A stretch of 30,844 nucleotides of DNA from a virus. Taxonomy: Duplodnaviria > Caudoviricetes. Position numbers and translations under genes: made by a program. The notes beneath the pieces were generated by a model. It worked only from the letters and a program-made list of their open reading frames with translations, did not search any database and was not told the origin of the DNA. Positions 17,846 to 26,563 of the stretch are shown here, one piece after another (the stretch's first letter is position 1; each line of letters opens with the position of its first letter). The DNA lies in the IMG/VR virus record IMGVR_UViG_3300022930_000025, positions 1 through 30,844 of that record; one strand, given 5' to 3'.

Positions 17846-18145
17846 ATGAAAAAAGAAAAAACGATTGCAATTAACCTTAGTGATATTAAGGTGGTTGATT
17901 TGAACGATAACCCGTTACAGGTTGTTGATTTGGCTAAAAACGTGGGTAATAATCTTTTTGTGGCTTCGCCAACAATAGAGATAAGCGATATCGCACGGCT
18001 TTTACATAAAGGTAAAACAGCAACAGTAAATGAAGATCAGATAAACATCATTATTGCTATTATAAAAGGCAAACAGGCGTTTCAACCGATTATACAAATA
18101 CCAATTATTGAGTACTTAGAAAGTAAGTTAAACGCAATTAAATAA
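17846..18145 (+). CDS. Hypothetical tail-module protein
   Basis: 99 aa; TAATG coupling to the next gene. Confidence 0.75.
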   Translation: MKKEKTIAINLSDIKVVDLNDNPLQVVDLAKNVGNNLFVASPTIEISDIARLLHKGKTATVNEDQINIIIAIIKGKQAFQPIIQIPIIEYLESKLNAIK

Positions 18146-19218
18146 TGACGGGTTTTTTCTCGATTAATGATTTAGATATTTTCACTGCTTATGGGTTAAT
18201 GGCTCAAAAAGGTTTCTATGCGGAACTTTTAAAGATGCCAACCCGTAAAGCTGGTTATACAAGAAATTGGCCGGACCAGAACGGTACCGAGCGCGATCTT
18301 AATTATATCGAGTATGAAAACAGATCCTTAGAGCTTAAATTTGGGCTTTACGCGCAAAGCGAGCAGGAATTTTACAGCAAATACAAAGCCTTAAAGACTT
18401 TTTTTCTTACAACATTAGAATTTAATCTTAAGGCGCTGCAGATGAACAGGCTTTTTAAGCTGCGTTATAAATCGATGCCTACTTTCGATAAGTTGACGAT
18501 TATACGCGAAAACAATAAAATTTTTGCTGATATAACCATTGAGCTTCAGGACAATTACCCAAAGAATTTTTGGCGTTTGAACGGTACAGAAATAGCTTTA
18601 ACGTTTCCATTGCCAACACCTGATGCACCATTGGTATTTGCTGATTTTGATTTTGAGATAAGGGGTTATTATTTGTTTATGAGCAACGAATCGCAAGATA
18701 CGGGTGCTTTTTCATATCGTTTAGATGGAAATGATGTTTTCAATAATTATGGCCTTGTAGCCGATAAGGGCATGTATAATGAGCTTTTGAAATTTGCAGA
18801 TGTAAAATCTGAAATGCCATTAAAATTTCAGAGTAGAACTTTAGAACTTCCATTTTTTCTTATTGCCGATAACGAAATAGATTTTTATGCTAAATATTAT
18901 GCTTTGGCCGGTTTTCTATTTGACAGCAAGTATTTTAAGTTTGATGTTCCTGGTATGAACAGAAGGTTTTTTCTTTGCTACTCTTCAATGAGTTCAATCG
19001 AAAAACTTACAGTAATTAGAAACTCAAACAAAATAGTTGCATCGATTAAAATTACTACTTTTGATGATAGCCCAACCATAGATTCTGGACTTAACATGTA
19101 TGATGGTAGTTTTGATATAAATGATGTTGGAGAGCTTATTTTAACACAATCACCAGAATTTGACAGCGATATAGATTTTTATATTGTAGGTATTAATTTA
19201 ATTAAGAATTTATTATGA
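18145..19218 (+). CDS. Distal tail (Dit-like) protein with two tandem homologous domains
   Basis: INDLDIFTAYGLMAQKGFYAELLK...RSLELKF aligns with LDGNDVFNNYGLVADKGMYNELLK...RTLELPF; NWPDQNG motif. Confidence 0.7.
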   Translation: MTGFFSINDLDIFTAYGLMAQKGFYAELLKMPTRKAGYTRNWPDQNGTERDLNYIEYENRSLELKFGLYAQSEQEFYSKYKALKTFFLTTLEFNLKALQMNRLFKLRYKSMPTFDKLTIIRENNKIFADITIELQDNYPKNFWRLNGTEIALTFPLPTPDAPLVFADFDFEIRGYYLFMSNESQDTGAFSYRLDGNDVFNNYGLVADKGMYNELLKFADVKSEMPLKFQSRTLELPFFLIADNEIDFYAKYYALAGFLFDSKYFKFDVPGMNRRFFLCYSSMSSIEKLTVIRNSNKIVASIKITTFDDSPTIDSGLNMYDGSFDINDVGELILTQSPEFDSDIDFYIVGINLIKNLL

Positions 19219-19544
19219 GTTGCGATAATTGCGAAAAATGTAAAAATATATTCATACAAAATATATGTACAACAATAGGTTTTCAGGTGGATGCACAGGT
19301 TTTAAATTTTGACGTTGACATAACCCAAAAAGATTTTATATACGAATGTAGGGACGTATTTGTAGGAAATGAATTTTCACAAAAAACAATTGGCAACGGC
19401 ATGTACATAAATGCGCCTGGTCAACTTGTTATAGAGGGTTTTTTAGAAAACAGAAGCCCTGGCGAAAAATACGCCTTTTTGGTTTGTATAGATCAGGACG
19501 GGCCAAGAAAAATATTTGAATGGAAAATAGAAGTTCAACAATAA
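19215..19544 (+). CDS. Hypothetical tail/baseplate adaptor protein
   Basis: 109-aa beta-rich protein, ATGA overlap, N-terminal CxxCxxC. Confidence 0.6.
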   Translation: MSCDNCEKCKNIFIQNICTTIGFQVDAQVLNFDVDITQKDFIYECRDVFVGNEFSQKTIGNGMYINAPGQLVIEGFLENRSPGEKYAFLVCIDQDGPRKIFEWKIEVQQ

Positions 19545-19554
19545 TTTTAGTACA

Positions 19555-19764
19555 ATGGAAATAGCAAACGTAGTAGTAGAAGAGGTTAACCACATCTACA
19601 ATATAACAACTTCGCCGGCTGTTGTTGGTGTTGATGGTAAAAGCGCCCTTCAGGTTTGGCAGCAAGAAAACCCCGGCGGTACATACGACGATTGGATAAT
19701 AGCATTAACCCCAAAGCTTTCATTTAGAATAGAGGGCGGCGATTTAATAGTAACAACATTATAA
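19555..19764 (+). CDS. Small tail-fibre-associated protein
   Basis: GKSALQVW...GGTYDDW motif of the kind that accompanies collagen-like phage fibres. Confidence 0.65.
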   Translation: MEIANVVVEEVNHIYNITTSPAVVGVDGKSALQVWQQENPGGTYDDWIIALTPKLSFRIEGGDLIVTTL

Positions 19765-19771
19765 AAATAAT

Positions 19772-21538
19772 ATGGCAGAGCAAAATTTAGGGCGTGTATT
19801 CGGTTGGAAGGGTTGGACACCGCTATATGCAGAAGTTAGAGACGGTCTAGGTGATGATTATAGAATGGTTTGGAAGTTGGTAGATTTCGTTGATGGTGAA
19901 GGACCAAAACCGACTTTACATTTAAATGAGTATTTAACCGAAACAGGAGGCTTTACGCCTAATATTGCTTTGGGTGCAAATTCTAGAGGTCAAAAAGGGC
20001 AAACAGGAGATAAGGGTGCTACGGGTGCTACTGGGGTGACTGCTACAACTGTAGAAAACAATAGATTATTGGGAAATACTGCTGGTGTTACAGGTAGTCC
20101 ACATGCTATTGATGCTGTAGGTTTTACCTTGAAAAATGGTAAACTTATTAACGGACACGGCAATGAATCTACAACAAACGCTAATAGAAACATTATTAGT
20201 AACCCCTTGGGTGGTCTATACCTTTCTAATGTTGCAACAACTGGTGCTTTGTTTATTAAGTTGCCTAATTTTTTTGCTTCAAGTGCTGGTTTTGATATAA
20301 AAGGTAGCGTATCGATGTTGCAAGATACTGGGCTTATAGGTAATTTTTTGTTTCATATAACCGCCTCTAACTACAGCTCTTCAAGGGGTATGAGCGCCAC
20401 TATAATTGGCGCAAACGCAGTTAAACACACTGTTAGATGGTATGCTGATGTTGATGCTTTTTACGTTTATATAGGAGAGTTAACTACGGTTTGGCCAGTA
20501 TATACAACATTTTCTTTATTTAGTGTTACATCTACTTTTTTAAATAACCAAATAGAAAGTGTTATTTCTGGCTGGTCTACTGGAATTGAACAAGTAGCTT
20601 TTAAAGGCACTCAATCTAAAATTCAATTAGAGCCTAGACCTCAATTTAACCCTAATCAAATACTTGGAGATTATCAACAAGGTAGTGAAAGCGACACAAG
20701 GCTAACAAATGCAATGTCTTTAAATACGGCATTTCAAAATTTACAAGGTCAATTAACATACCAAAGAGATAGTATAGAAGTTAAAAGTTTGAGAAGTACA
20801 TTCGCGAATGGATGTATCATTAGAACAAGTATTAATTTTGCAACTGTTTCTTTCGAAATTGGTATAAACATTTATGGCGATTCACGCAGTGTTGATGATG
20901 GAAGAATTATTATTAATGGGGCTTTAACAGCAACACCAGATTTTTCAAACGTAAGAGCTATTACAACAGGTTTTACGCCATTAATTTCACTTATTAGAGA
21001 AAGCAATGGTTTATTATCTATATGGTTTTCTATTCCAGTGACGGCTAGTAGAAGTGTTTCTGCGTATGCTTATCTATATACTGATACTAACGCCAAAAAT
21101 CTTGTTACAGGTATTGGAAATGTAGTAAAGCCTGTTGATTTAACCTTAGAGGCTACGACAACACCAAGCAGAACATTATCAAACAATGGGTTAGCAACCA
21201 ATTTAATTCTAGGAAATGGAGCTTATAAACCAATAACAGATTTTTTCACAAAAAATAGTGTTACCAATGTTGCGGCTAGTAAAACTTTAGCTTTAACTGA
21301 TCAAAATTCAACGCAAGATGTTACGGCTACAGCTACGATAACCGTACCAACAAACGCTACACAGGCCTTTTCTGTTGGTGAGCAAATAAGTGGAATTGTA
21401 AGGGCTGGTGTGACTTTGACTATAGCCCCTGTTGGAGGTGTTACAATCCTAAATAAAGGATCTTTAATTATCAATGGTTATTCAACCTTTACACTAGAAA
21501 AAATTGGCGGTAATGTTTGGGCGTTAACAGTAATTTAA
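19772..21538 (+). CDS. Tail fibre/receptor-binding protein
   Basis: 588 aa; GWTP..DG..GEGPKP N-terminal domain, short collagen-like GQKGQTGDKGATGATG, Ser/Thr-rich beta domains, TITVP..F.VG C-terminal domain. Confidence 0.75.
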   Translation: MAEQNLGRVFGWKGWTPLYAEVRDGLGDDYRMVWKLVDFVDGEGPKPTLHLNEYLTETGGFTPNIALGANSRGQKGQTGDKGATGATGVTATTVENNRLLGNTAGVTGSPHAIDAVGFTLKNGKLINGHGNESTTNANRNIISNPLGGLYLSNVATTGALFIKLPNFFASSAGFDIKGSVSMLQDTGLIGNFLFHITASNYSSSRGMSATIIGANAVKHTVRWYADVDAFYVYIGELTTVWPVYTTFSLFSVTSTFLNNQIESVISGWSTGIEQVAFKGTQSKIQLEPRPQFNPNQILGDYQQGSESDTRLTNAMSLNTAFQNLQGQLTYQRDSIEVKSLRSTFANGCIIRTSINFATVSFEIGINIYGDSRSVDDGRIIINGALTATPDFSNVRAITTGFTPLISLIRESNGLLSIWFSIPVTASRSVSAYAYLYTDTNAKNLVTGIGNVVKPVDLTLEATTTPSRTLSNNGLATNLILGNGAYKPITDFFTKNSVTNVAASKTLALTDQNSTQDVTATATITVPTNATQAFSVGEQISGIVRAGVTLTIAPVGGVTILNKGSLIINGYSTFTLEKIGGNVWALTVI

Positions 21539-21545
21539 AAATATT

Positions 21546-21953
21546 ATGAACACTAAATTTATTTTAGAAAAAGAGATCAGCAACGACAAAACTTTTACTG
21601 ATGTAGAAAGATTTGTGCAGGTATTCATGTTTATTCCAAACGCACTGGAAGAAACATTTGAAATCAGGTACATGATCAGATATATGCTTAATGGTGAAAA
21701 CGTAAGCGATAGGTTTAGTCAGGTGATGCCTACTTGGGTAATTTCAAATAATGACAGGATGATGAAAAGATCATTGCCAGATTTTGAGCCAATACCTAAC
21801 CCAGATTTTAACCCTGAAGATGAGTTTCCAAATGAAGAGTTTTTAACAGAGCCAGCATTTGATTATTTAAAGGAATTAGCGGAAATAGTTCCTACACCTG
21901 CATTGTTAAGAAATTATATAGCAGAAGAGGACAGGGACGGGAGGTTTGACTAA
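21546..21953 (+). CDS. Acidic hypothetical protein (possible fibre chaperone)
   Basis: 135 aa immediately after the fibre gene; function inferred from position only. Confidence 0.65.
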   Translation: MNTKFILEKEISNDKTFTDVERFVQVFMFIPNALEETFEIRYMIRYMLNGENVSDRFSQVMPTWVISNNDRMMKRSLPDFEPIPNPDFNPEDEFPNEEFLTEPAFDYLKELAEIVPTPALLRNYIAEEDRDGRFD

Positions 21954-22334
21954 ATGCGTATTATTACAGATTTATTTCACTTTCTACTTTTCGTTGTATG
22001 TTTGTTTCTCATCTTTTTATTAACTATCGTAAATTATTTTTATGTTCGTTTCAAATCTAAAGACAAGGGCAAAGGCTATTTTAGAAGTACAGCTGTCAGT
22101 TTGGATAAATGGGGTAATGTTGAATTTAGGACACTTTGGAACGAAACACTAATTATTGAGGGCGGCTATAAATTTGGTCATGGCTCTGAAACAATAAGCG
22201 GTGTATTAGGTAAAAACCAAAGATCAGGCATGTTAAGCAAAAAAGGTAAGGCTTTGGCTTGGGTGTTAGATAAATGCGAAAAACAGCATTGCTTCAAATC
22301 TATTGATGATCTTGTAGGATGGGATTTTGTTTAA
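21954..22334 (+). CDS. Membrane-anchored phage protein at the start of the lysis cassette
   Basis: N-terminal TM segment; LDKWGN..FG..ETISGVLGK..HC motif. Confidence 0.7.
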   Translation: MRIITDLFHFLLFVVCLFLIFLLTIVNYFYVRFKSKDKGKGYFRSTAVSLDKWGNVEFRTLWNETLIIEGGYKFGHGSETISGVLGKNQRSGMLSKKGKALAWVLDKCEKQHCFKSIDDLVGWDFV

Positions 22335-22352
22335 ACTATTAAAATATTTATT

Positions 22353-22895
22353 ATGTTACCATTTCAGTACAGATTTTTATACGAGATTGGCTTGTTACCC
22401 AGAACGGTAACGGCTTTTTTGTCAATTTACGGGACTAAGGAAGTGCCAGGAACAGGCAACAGCTCTATTATTATGAATTGGGCGAAAGTCCTTAAGATAA
22501 AAGCTTTTGTTGCCGATTCAATAGCATGGTGCGGCTTGGCAATGGCTTGGATTTTATTACAGGCCGGTTATGGTGAAGCTTTAAAATCGGTAACAAATTA
22601 CCTTTGGGCCAGAGACTTTCTTAAATTTGGATTAAAAGTTGATATCCCTATGTTAGGTGATGTTCTTGTTTTTGAGAGAGCCGGAGGTTTTGGCCATGTT
22701 GGTGTTTATATTGCAGAAGATGATTTATGTTACCATGTTGGTGGTGGAAATCAGTCTGATAACGTAAATATTATCAGAATAGAGAAAAAAAGGCTTTTGG
22801 GGGCCAGAAGATACCCGTTTAAAAATGCTTTGGCAGCTTCAGTAAAAAGATATTTTGTTGATGCCAAAGGTGTAATTTCTACAAACGAAGCTTAA
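22353..22895 (+). CDS. Endolysin candidate, TIGR02594 family (NlpC/P60/CHAP-like)
   Basis: GTKEVPG, DSIAWCG (putative catalytic Cys), ARDF, GDVLVF, GHVG, GGNQSD motifs. Confidence 0.85.
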   Translation: MLPFQYRFLYEIGLLPRTVTAFLSIYGTKEVPGTGNSSIIMNWAKVLKIKAFVADSIAWCGLAMAWILLQAGYGEALKSVTNYLWARDFLKFGLKVDIPMLGDVLVFERAGGFGHVGVYIAEDDLCYHVGGGNQSDNVNIIRIEKKRLLGARRYPFKNALAASVKRYFVDAKGVISTNEA

Positions 22896-22900
22896 AATAT

Positions 22901-23257
22901 ATGTCTGAAAATTTAGAGAGTAAAGGTAATTTTGTAGAAAAAGGAGTAAAATCTTTTGGTGAGTTGGTGGGTTTGTTCGACAGTAAGCCCAGGGCCTTTG
23001 CTACGGTTGGCATGATCATTATTATATTATATCTTTGGGTAGCGAACGATAACAAAAATGATCGTCTTTTAGAGCAGGAAGAGAGGCACAAAAACGAAAT
23101 GATAGCAGAAGTTAGAAAACAGATCAAACCTTTAAGGGATGATTTAACTAAAAAATCTGATAGTACAAAAGCGGTTGTAGATAGTACCAGATCAGAGCTT
23201 GCACCTGTTATAAAATCAATTAAGGAGACTGTGAAAAAAATTAACGGAAAAAATTAA
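22901..23257 (+). CDS. Single-TM protein with a coiled-coil tail (holin candidate)
   Basis: TM segment AFATVGMIIIILYLWVA followed by a helical charged domain; adjacent to the endolysin. Confidence 0.55.
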   Translation: MSENLESKGNFVEKGVKSFGELVGLFDSKPRAFATVGMIIIILYLWVANDNKNDRLLEQEERHKNEMIAEVRKQIKPLRDDLTKKSDSTKAVVDSTRSELAPVIKSIKETVKKINGKN

Positions 23258-23258
23258 A

Positions 23259-23444
23259 ATGAGAAAATTATTTATCATACCGGCTGTATTATTGGTTGTT
23301 ACAGCGTTTCAGCCAATGAAAAGTAAAACTTTCGAGATTTACACAAAAAAACCCAATGTTATTTCTAAACATGACACCATTAATATTGTTAATGATGTAA
23401 AGGATTTAGACAGCGCACTAACGGATTTAAACAGGCAGTTATGA
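23259..23444 (+). CDS. Small exported protein in the lysis cassette
   Basis: Signal-like MRKLFIIPAVLLVVTA with no lipobox Cys; packed between neighbours with an ATAG/ATGA-type overlap. Confidence 0.6.
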   Translation: MRKLFIIPAVLLVVTAFQPMKSKTFEIYTKKPNVISKHDTINIVNDVKDLDSALTDLNRQL

Positions 23445-24022
23445 GAAAATTAATACTATTACTTTTAATATCGGTCACGTTAAGTAGTTGTGGGCTTTTT
23501 AAGCGTGTTTTTAGCTCTACAGAACGAGTTAAAAGATCAGAAACAACCAAAGTAACCGAAAAAACAGATAGCTCTTCTGTAAAGACTGATAACACTGTTA
23601 TTGTTGAGACTGAAAAAGCGGACACTTCCAGAGAAACCCCAAAAACAGATATTACAACAACAAAAAAAACTGATCTTAAAGATTTGGTTAATGGTTTAAC
23701 TGTAATAGATACCGGTTTGGTCACTATAAAGCAAAAATATGACACCCTTTCGAAAACCTTAAAAACAGAAATTACCATCAAGCCGCAAAAGCTAGATTTT
23801 AAGGTAGATAAGACCAAAACAACCTACACCAATAAAAAGGAAGAGACAAACAAAAAAACACAGCAAGAAAAAAAGGCTGTTATCATTGATGACAAAAAAA
23901 TAAAGACAAAAGAAAAAGAACCTGCAAAAATGGGAATTTGGTTTTTGGCATTAGTATTTATTGTTGTGGTCATTGCCGCTTCTGCATATTTCTGGTTTAG
24001 AAAATCTAAGAGGCCGCTTTAA
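23441..24022 (+). CDS. Probable unimolecular spanin
   Basis: N-terminal lipobox (LSS-C), T/K-rich extended middle, C-terminal TM segment (GIWFLALVFIVVVIAASAYFWF) and basic tail; last gene of the lysis cassette. Confidence 0.75.
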   Translation: MRKLILLLLISVTLSSCGLFKRVFSSTERVKRSETTKVTEKTDSSSVKTDNTVIVETEKADTSRETPKTDITTTKKTDLKDLVNGLTVIDTGLVTIKQKYDTLSKTLKTEITIKPQKLDFKVDKTKTTYTNKKEETNKKTQQEKKAVIIDDKKIKTKEKEPAKMGIWFLALVFIVVVIAASAYFWFRKSKRPL

Positions 24023-24374
24023 AGCTTATGCCGTTAATCTTGCAATGGCACTTCATGAAGTAATCTATATTTATATCGTTCTGTATAAAATTTTCAGGGT
24101 TTTTATAAACCTTTTCAGCATACTCTGTAAAAGCAATCTTAAACCTATCGTTTAGGATTTTTTCGTTACTATCTATATAGGTACACGCCAAATAAAGCAT
24201 TTCGCTTAAGGATCCACAATTCTTTTTATATAAATTTCTATGTGTAAGCACAAAATATTTGCCCTGCACATATTTTTTTATCTTGTATTCTGGAAGTCCA
24301 AAAAGCCCAAACCTTAAACTTATTATAAAATTTTTGTACTGATGGTGATCGTAACCCTTCATATATGAAACCAT
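24006..24374 (-). CDS. Hypothetical orphan protein (moron-like); start probably ATG 24374
   Basis: Reverse-oriented ORF; the TTG start at 24425 lies within promoter/operator sequence. Confidence 0.6.
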   Translation of the reverse strand: MVSYMKGYDHHQYKNFIISLRFGLFGLPEYKIKKYVQGKYFVLTHRNLYKKNCGSLSEMLYLACTYIDSNEKILNDRFKIAFTEYAEKVYKNPENFIQNDINIDYFMKCHCKINGISFKAAS

Positions 24375-24470
24375 AATTTTAAAATTTGAAAGCGTAAATG
24401 TATTTACAATTATTGATATATGCAAATGTATTATTCAATATAAATAATTTTGAACATTTTGATTTATATA

Positions 24471-24501
24471 TTTGCATAAACTAAATTTATATTTAGCTTT
24501 G
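24471..24501 (+). promoter_or_regulatory. Consensus promoter of the recombination operon
   Basis: TTTG 24471-24474, 19-nt spacer, TAGCTTTG 24494-24501. Confidence 0.85.
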
Positions 24502-24528
24502 TGGAGTTCAATTTAAACATAAAGCAGT

Positions 24529-26496
24529 ATGAATACAAAAGAATTAACAGTTGTAAAACTGGTTGATCTGGAAATCAACAACTTTAAAGGTATAAAGCAT
24601 TTCGAGCTTAAAAACCTAAATCCCGATGTTACCGATATATTCGGTGCAAACGAAAGCGGAAAGACTACTATTTTTGATGCGTGGGCCTGGTTGCTAACTG
24701 GCAAAAACTCTTCTGATAAAGAAGATTTTAACATTAAAAACACGGTTGATATTTCATTAAATAGGTTGCCTCATGATGTTGCCGCAACTATAACCGTTAA
24801 CGATTCGCCGGTAAAACTCCGTAAATTTCTGGTTGAAAATTGGGTAAGGCCAAGAGGCCAAACGGAAGATGTTTACAAAGGTAACATTACCAATTATGAG
24901 GTTAACGGCGTTGCTGTACAGGCAAACTATTACGTAAAGTATATTTCTGATTTTTTGGGTGAGGGTTATATTAAAATGTTGACAAACCCACATTATTTTA
25001 ATAAACTTAAATGGAGTGATCAAAGAAATGTTCTTTTCGAAATGGCCGGTAATATTTCTGATAAGGATATAGCAGCTATAAACCCTAATTTCACAAGCCT
25101 TTACAATTCTTTGGAAAACAGAAGTATTGAGGTATACAAAAAGGAGATAGCGGCCAAAAAGAAACCTATTAAAGAAAACCTCGAAAAAATACCAACACGT
25201 ATCGAAGAGGTAAAACTTAATATGCCTGAAGAGGTGGATTACACAGCTTTTGAAAAACAGATTGAAGAGAAAGACCTTAAAATAAAGGATCTTGAAAATG
25301 AGATCAGGGAAAAATCTTCTGCATTCAATACCGAAAACACAAAAGCCAACGAACGCCAAAAAAAGGTTAACAATATAACCAGCGAAATTTCTACAATTCA
25401 GTTTGATATCAGGACGGAACACACCTCAAAGGTTAACGCTTATCAAACTTCTTTAAACGTGCTTAAAAACAATGTTATTAAGATTGAAAGTGATATTTCT
25501 AGTAAAAAGAACCTTATATCTTCAAAAGAGCAGGTTATAGAAAACCTTAACACATATAAGAAACAAACTTTAGATAATTGGCACAAAATTAATGGTGATC
25601 ATTTAATTATAGACAACGATGAGTTTGTTTGCCCTTCATGTAAAAGAGAGTTTGAAACCGACGATATCGAGGCGAAAAAAACCGAACTTTCAACTAATTT
25701 CAACAATTCTAAGATTAAAAAACTAAATGACCTTAGTAATACCGGTAAAAAATATGTTTCTGATATCAATGCCGAAACTTTGTTATTGGATAACATTAAA
25801 AAAGCACTTGAAACTTTAAATAAAGAGCTGTTAGCAGCTAGAAAAGAATTAGAAGAGGCTTTGTCTAAACCAAAAACAGAAAAGTCTTTAGATGAGCTTT
25901 ATTCTGAAAGTGGAAACCTACAGGCTAAATTAACAGAACTTGAATCGGCAAAAGCAGAAATAGTAGCTATTGAAAAATTAGATGTTTCTGAATTAAACTC
26001 ACAAATATCTGCATTAAGAACAGAAATTAATGAGCTTAACAAAAAAACAGCCCTAAAAGGTGAAAGAGAAAAAGCATTAAAACGTGTTCAGGAGTTGGAA
26101 GCCCAGCAGAAAACTTTAAGCCAAGAGATTGCTGATCTTGAAAAGATAGAGTTTACAATCGATGCTTTTAATAAATCTAAAGTTGAAGAGACCGAAAAAC
26201 GTATCAACGGCATGTTTAAAAGTGTAACTTTCAAAATGTACGATTATACAGTAGATGGAAGCCCTATTGAAACTTGCCAAACACTTTATAAGGGCGTTCC
26301 GTACAGTGACCTTAATACAGCTGCCAAAATTTGGGCCGGCATCGATATTATTAACGCGCTTAGTGATTTTTACGGTGTTAAGGCTCCTATCTTTTTGGAT
26401 AATAGAGAAAGTACAACAGAAATACCAGATACCGAATCGCAGATCATAAACCTTATTGTTTCACCTTCTGATTACAAAGGATTAAGGGTTGTTTAG
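24529..26496 (+). CDS. SbcC/Rad50-like ABC ATPase with long coiled coil
   Basis: NFKGIK, Walker A GANESGKTT, central CPSC hook motif, degenerate signature LNTAA, Walker B IFLDNRES. Confidence 0.9.
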   Translation: MNTKELTVVKLVDLEINNFKGIKHFELKNLNPDVTDIFGANESGKTTIFDAWAWLLTGKNSSDKEDFNIKNTVDISLNRLPHDVAATITVNDSPVKLRKFLVENWVRPRGQTEDVYKGNITNYEVNGVAVQANYYVKYISDFLGEGYIKMLTNPHYFNKLKWSDQRNVLFEMAGNISDKDIAAINPNFTSLYNSLENRSIEVYKKEIAAKKKPIKENLEKIPTRIEEVKLNMPEEVDYTAFEKQIEEKDLKIKDLENEIREKSSAFNTENTKANERQKKVNNITSEISTIQFDIRTEHTSKVNAYQTSLNVLKNNVIKIESDISSKKNLISSKEQVIENLNTYKKQTLDNWHKINGDHLIIDNDEFVCPSCKREFETDDIEAKKTELSTNFNNSKIKKLNDLSNTGKKYVSDINAETLLLDNIKKALETLNKELLAARKELEEALSKPKTEKSLDELYSESGNLQAKLTELESAKAEIVAIEKLDVSELNSQISALRTEINELNKKTALKGEREKALKRVQELEAQQKTLSQEIADLEKIEFTIDAFNKSKVEETEKRINGMFKSVTFKMYDYTVDGSPIETCQTLYKGVPYSDLNTAAKIWAGIDIINALSDFYGVKAPIFLDNRESTTEIPDTESQIINLIVSPSDYKGLRVV

Positions 26497-26511
26497 TTAT
26501 TGATAATAATA

Positions 26512-26542
26512 ATTGCAATATTCAATTTTTAGTTTAAATTTG
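26512..26542 (+). promoter_or_regulatory. Internal promoter upstream of recT
   Basis: ATTG 26512-26515, 19-nt spacer, TAAATTTG 26535-26542. Confidence 0.75.
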
Positions 26543-26563
26543 TAAGTATAATAAATATTTAAT

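Noticed and set aside
14801-21538. Diversity-generating retroelement or invertible tail-fibre cassette
   Set aside because: No reverse transcriptase or invertase, and I saw no near-identical template/variable repeat pair in the window
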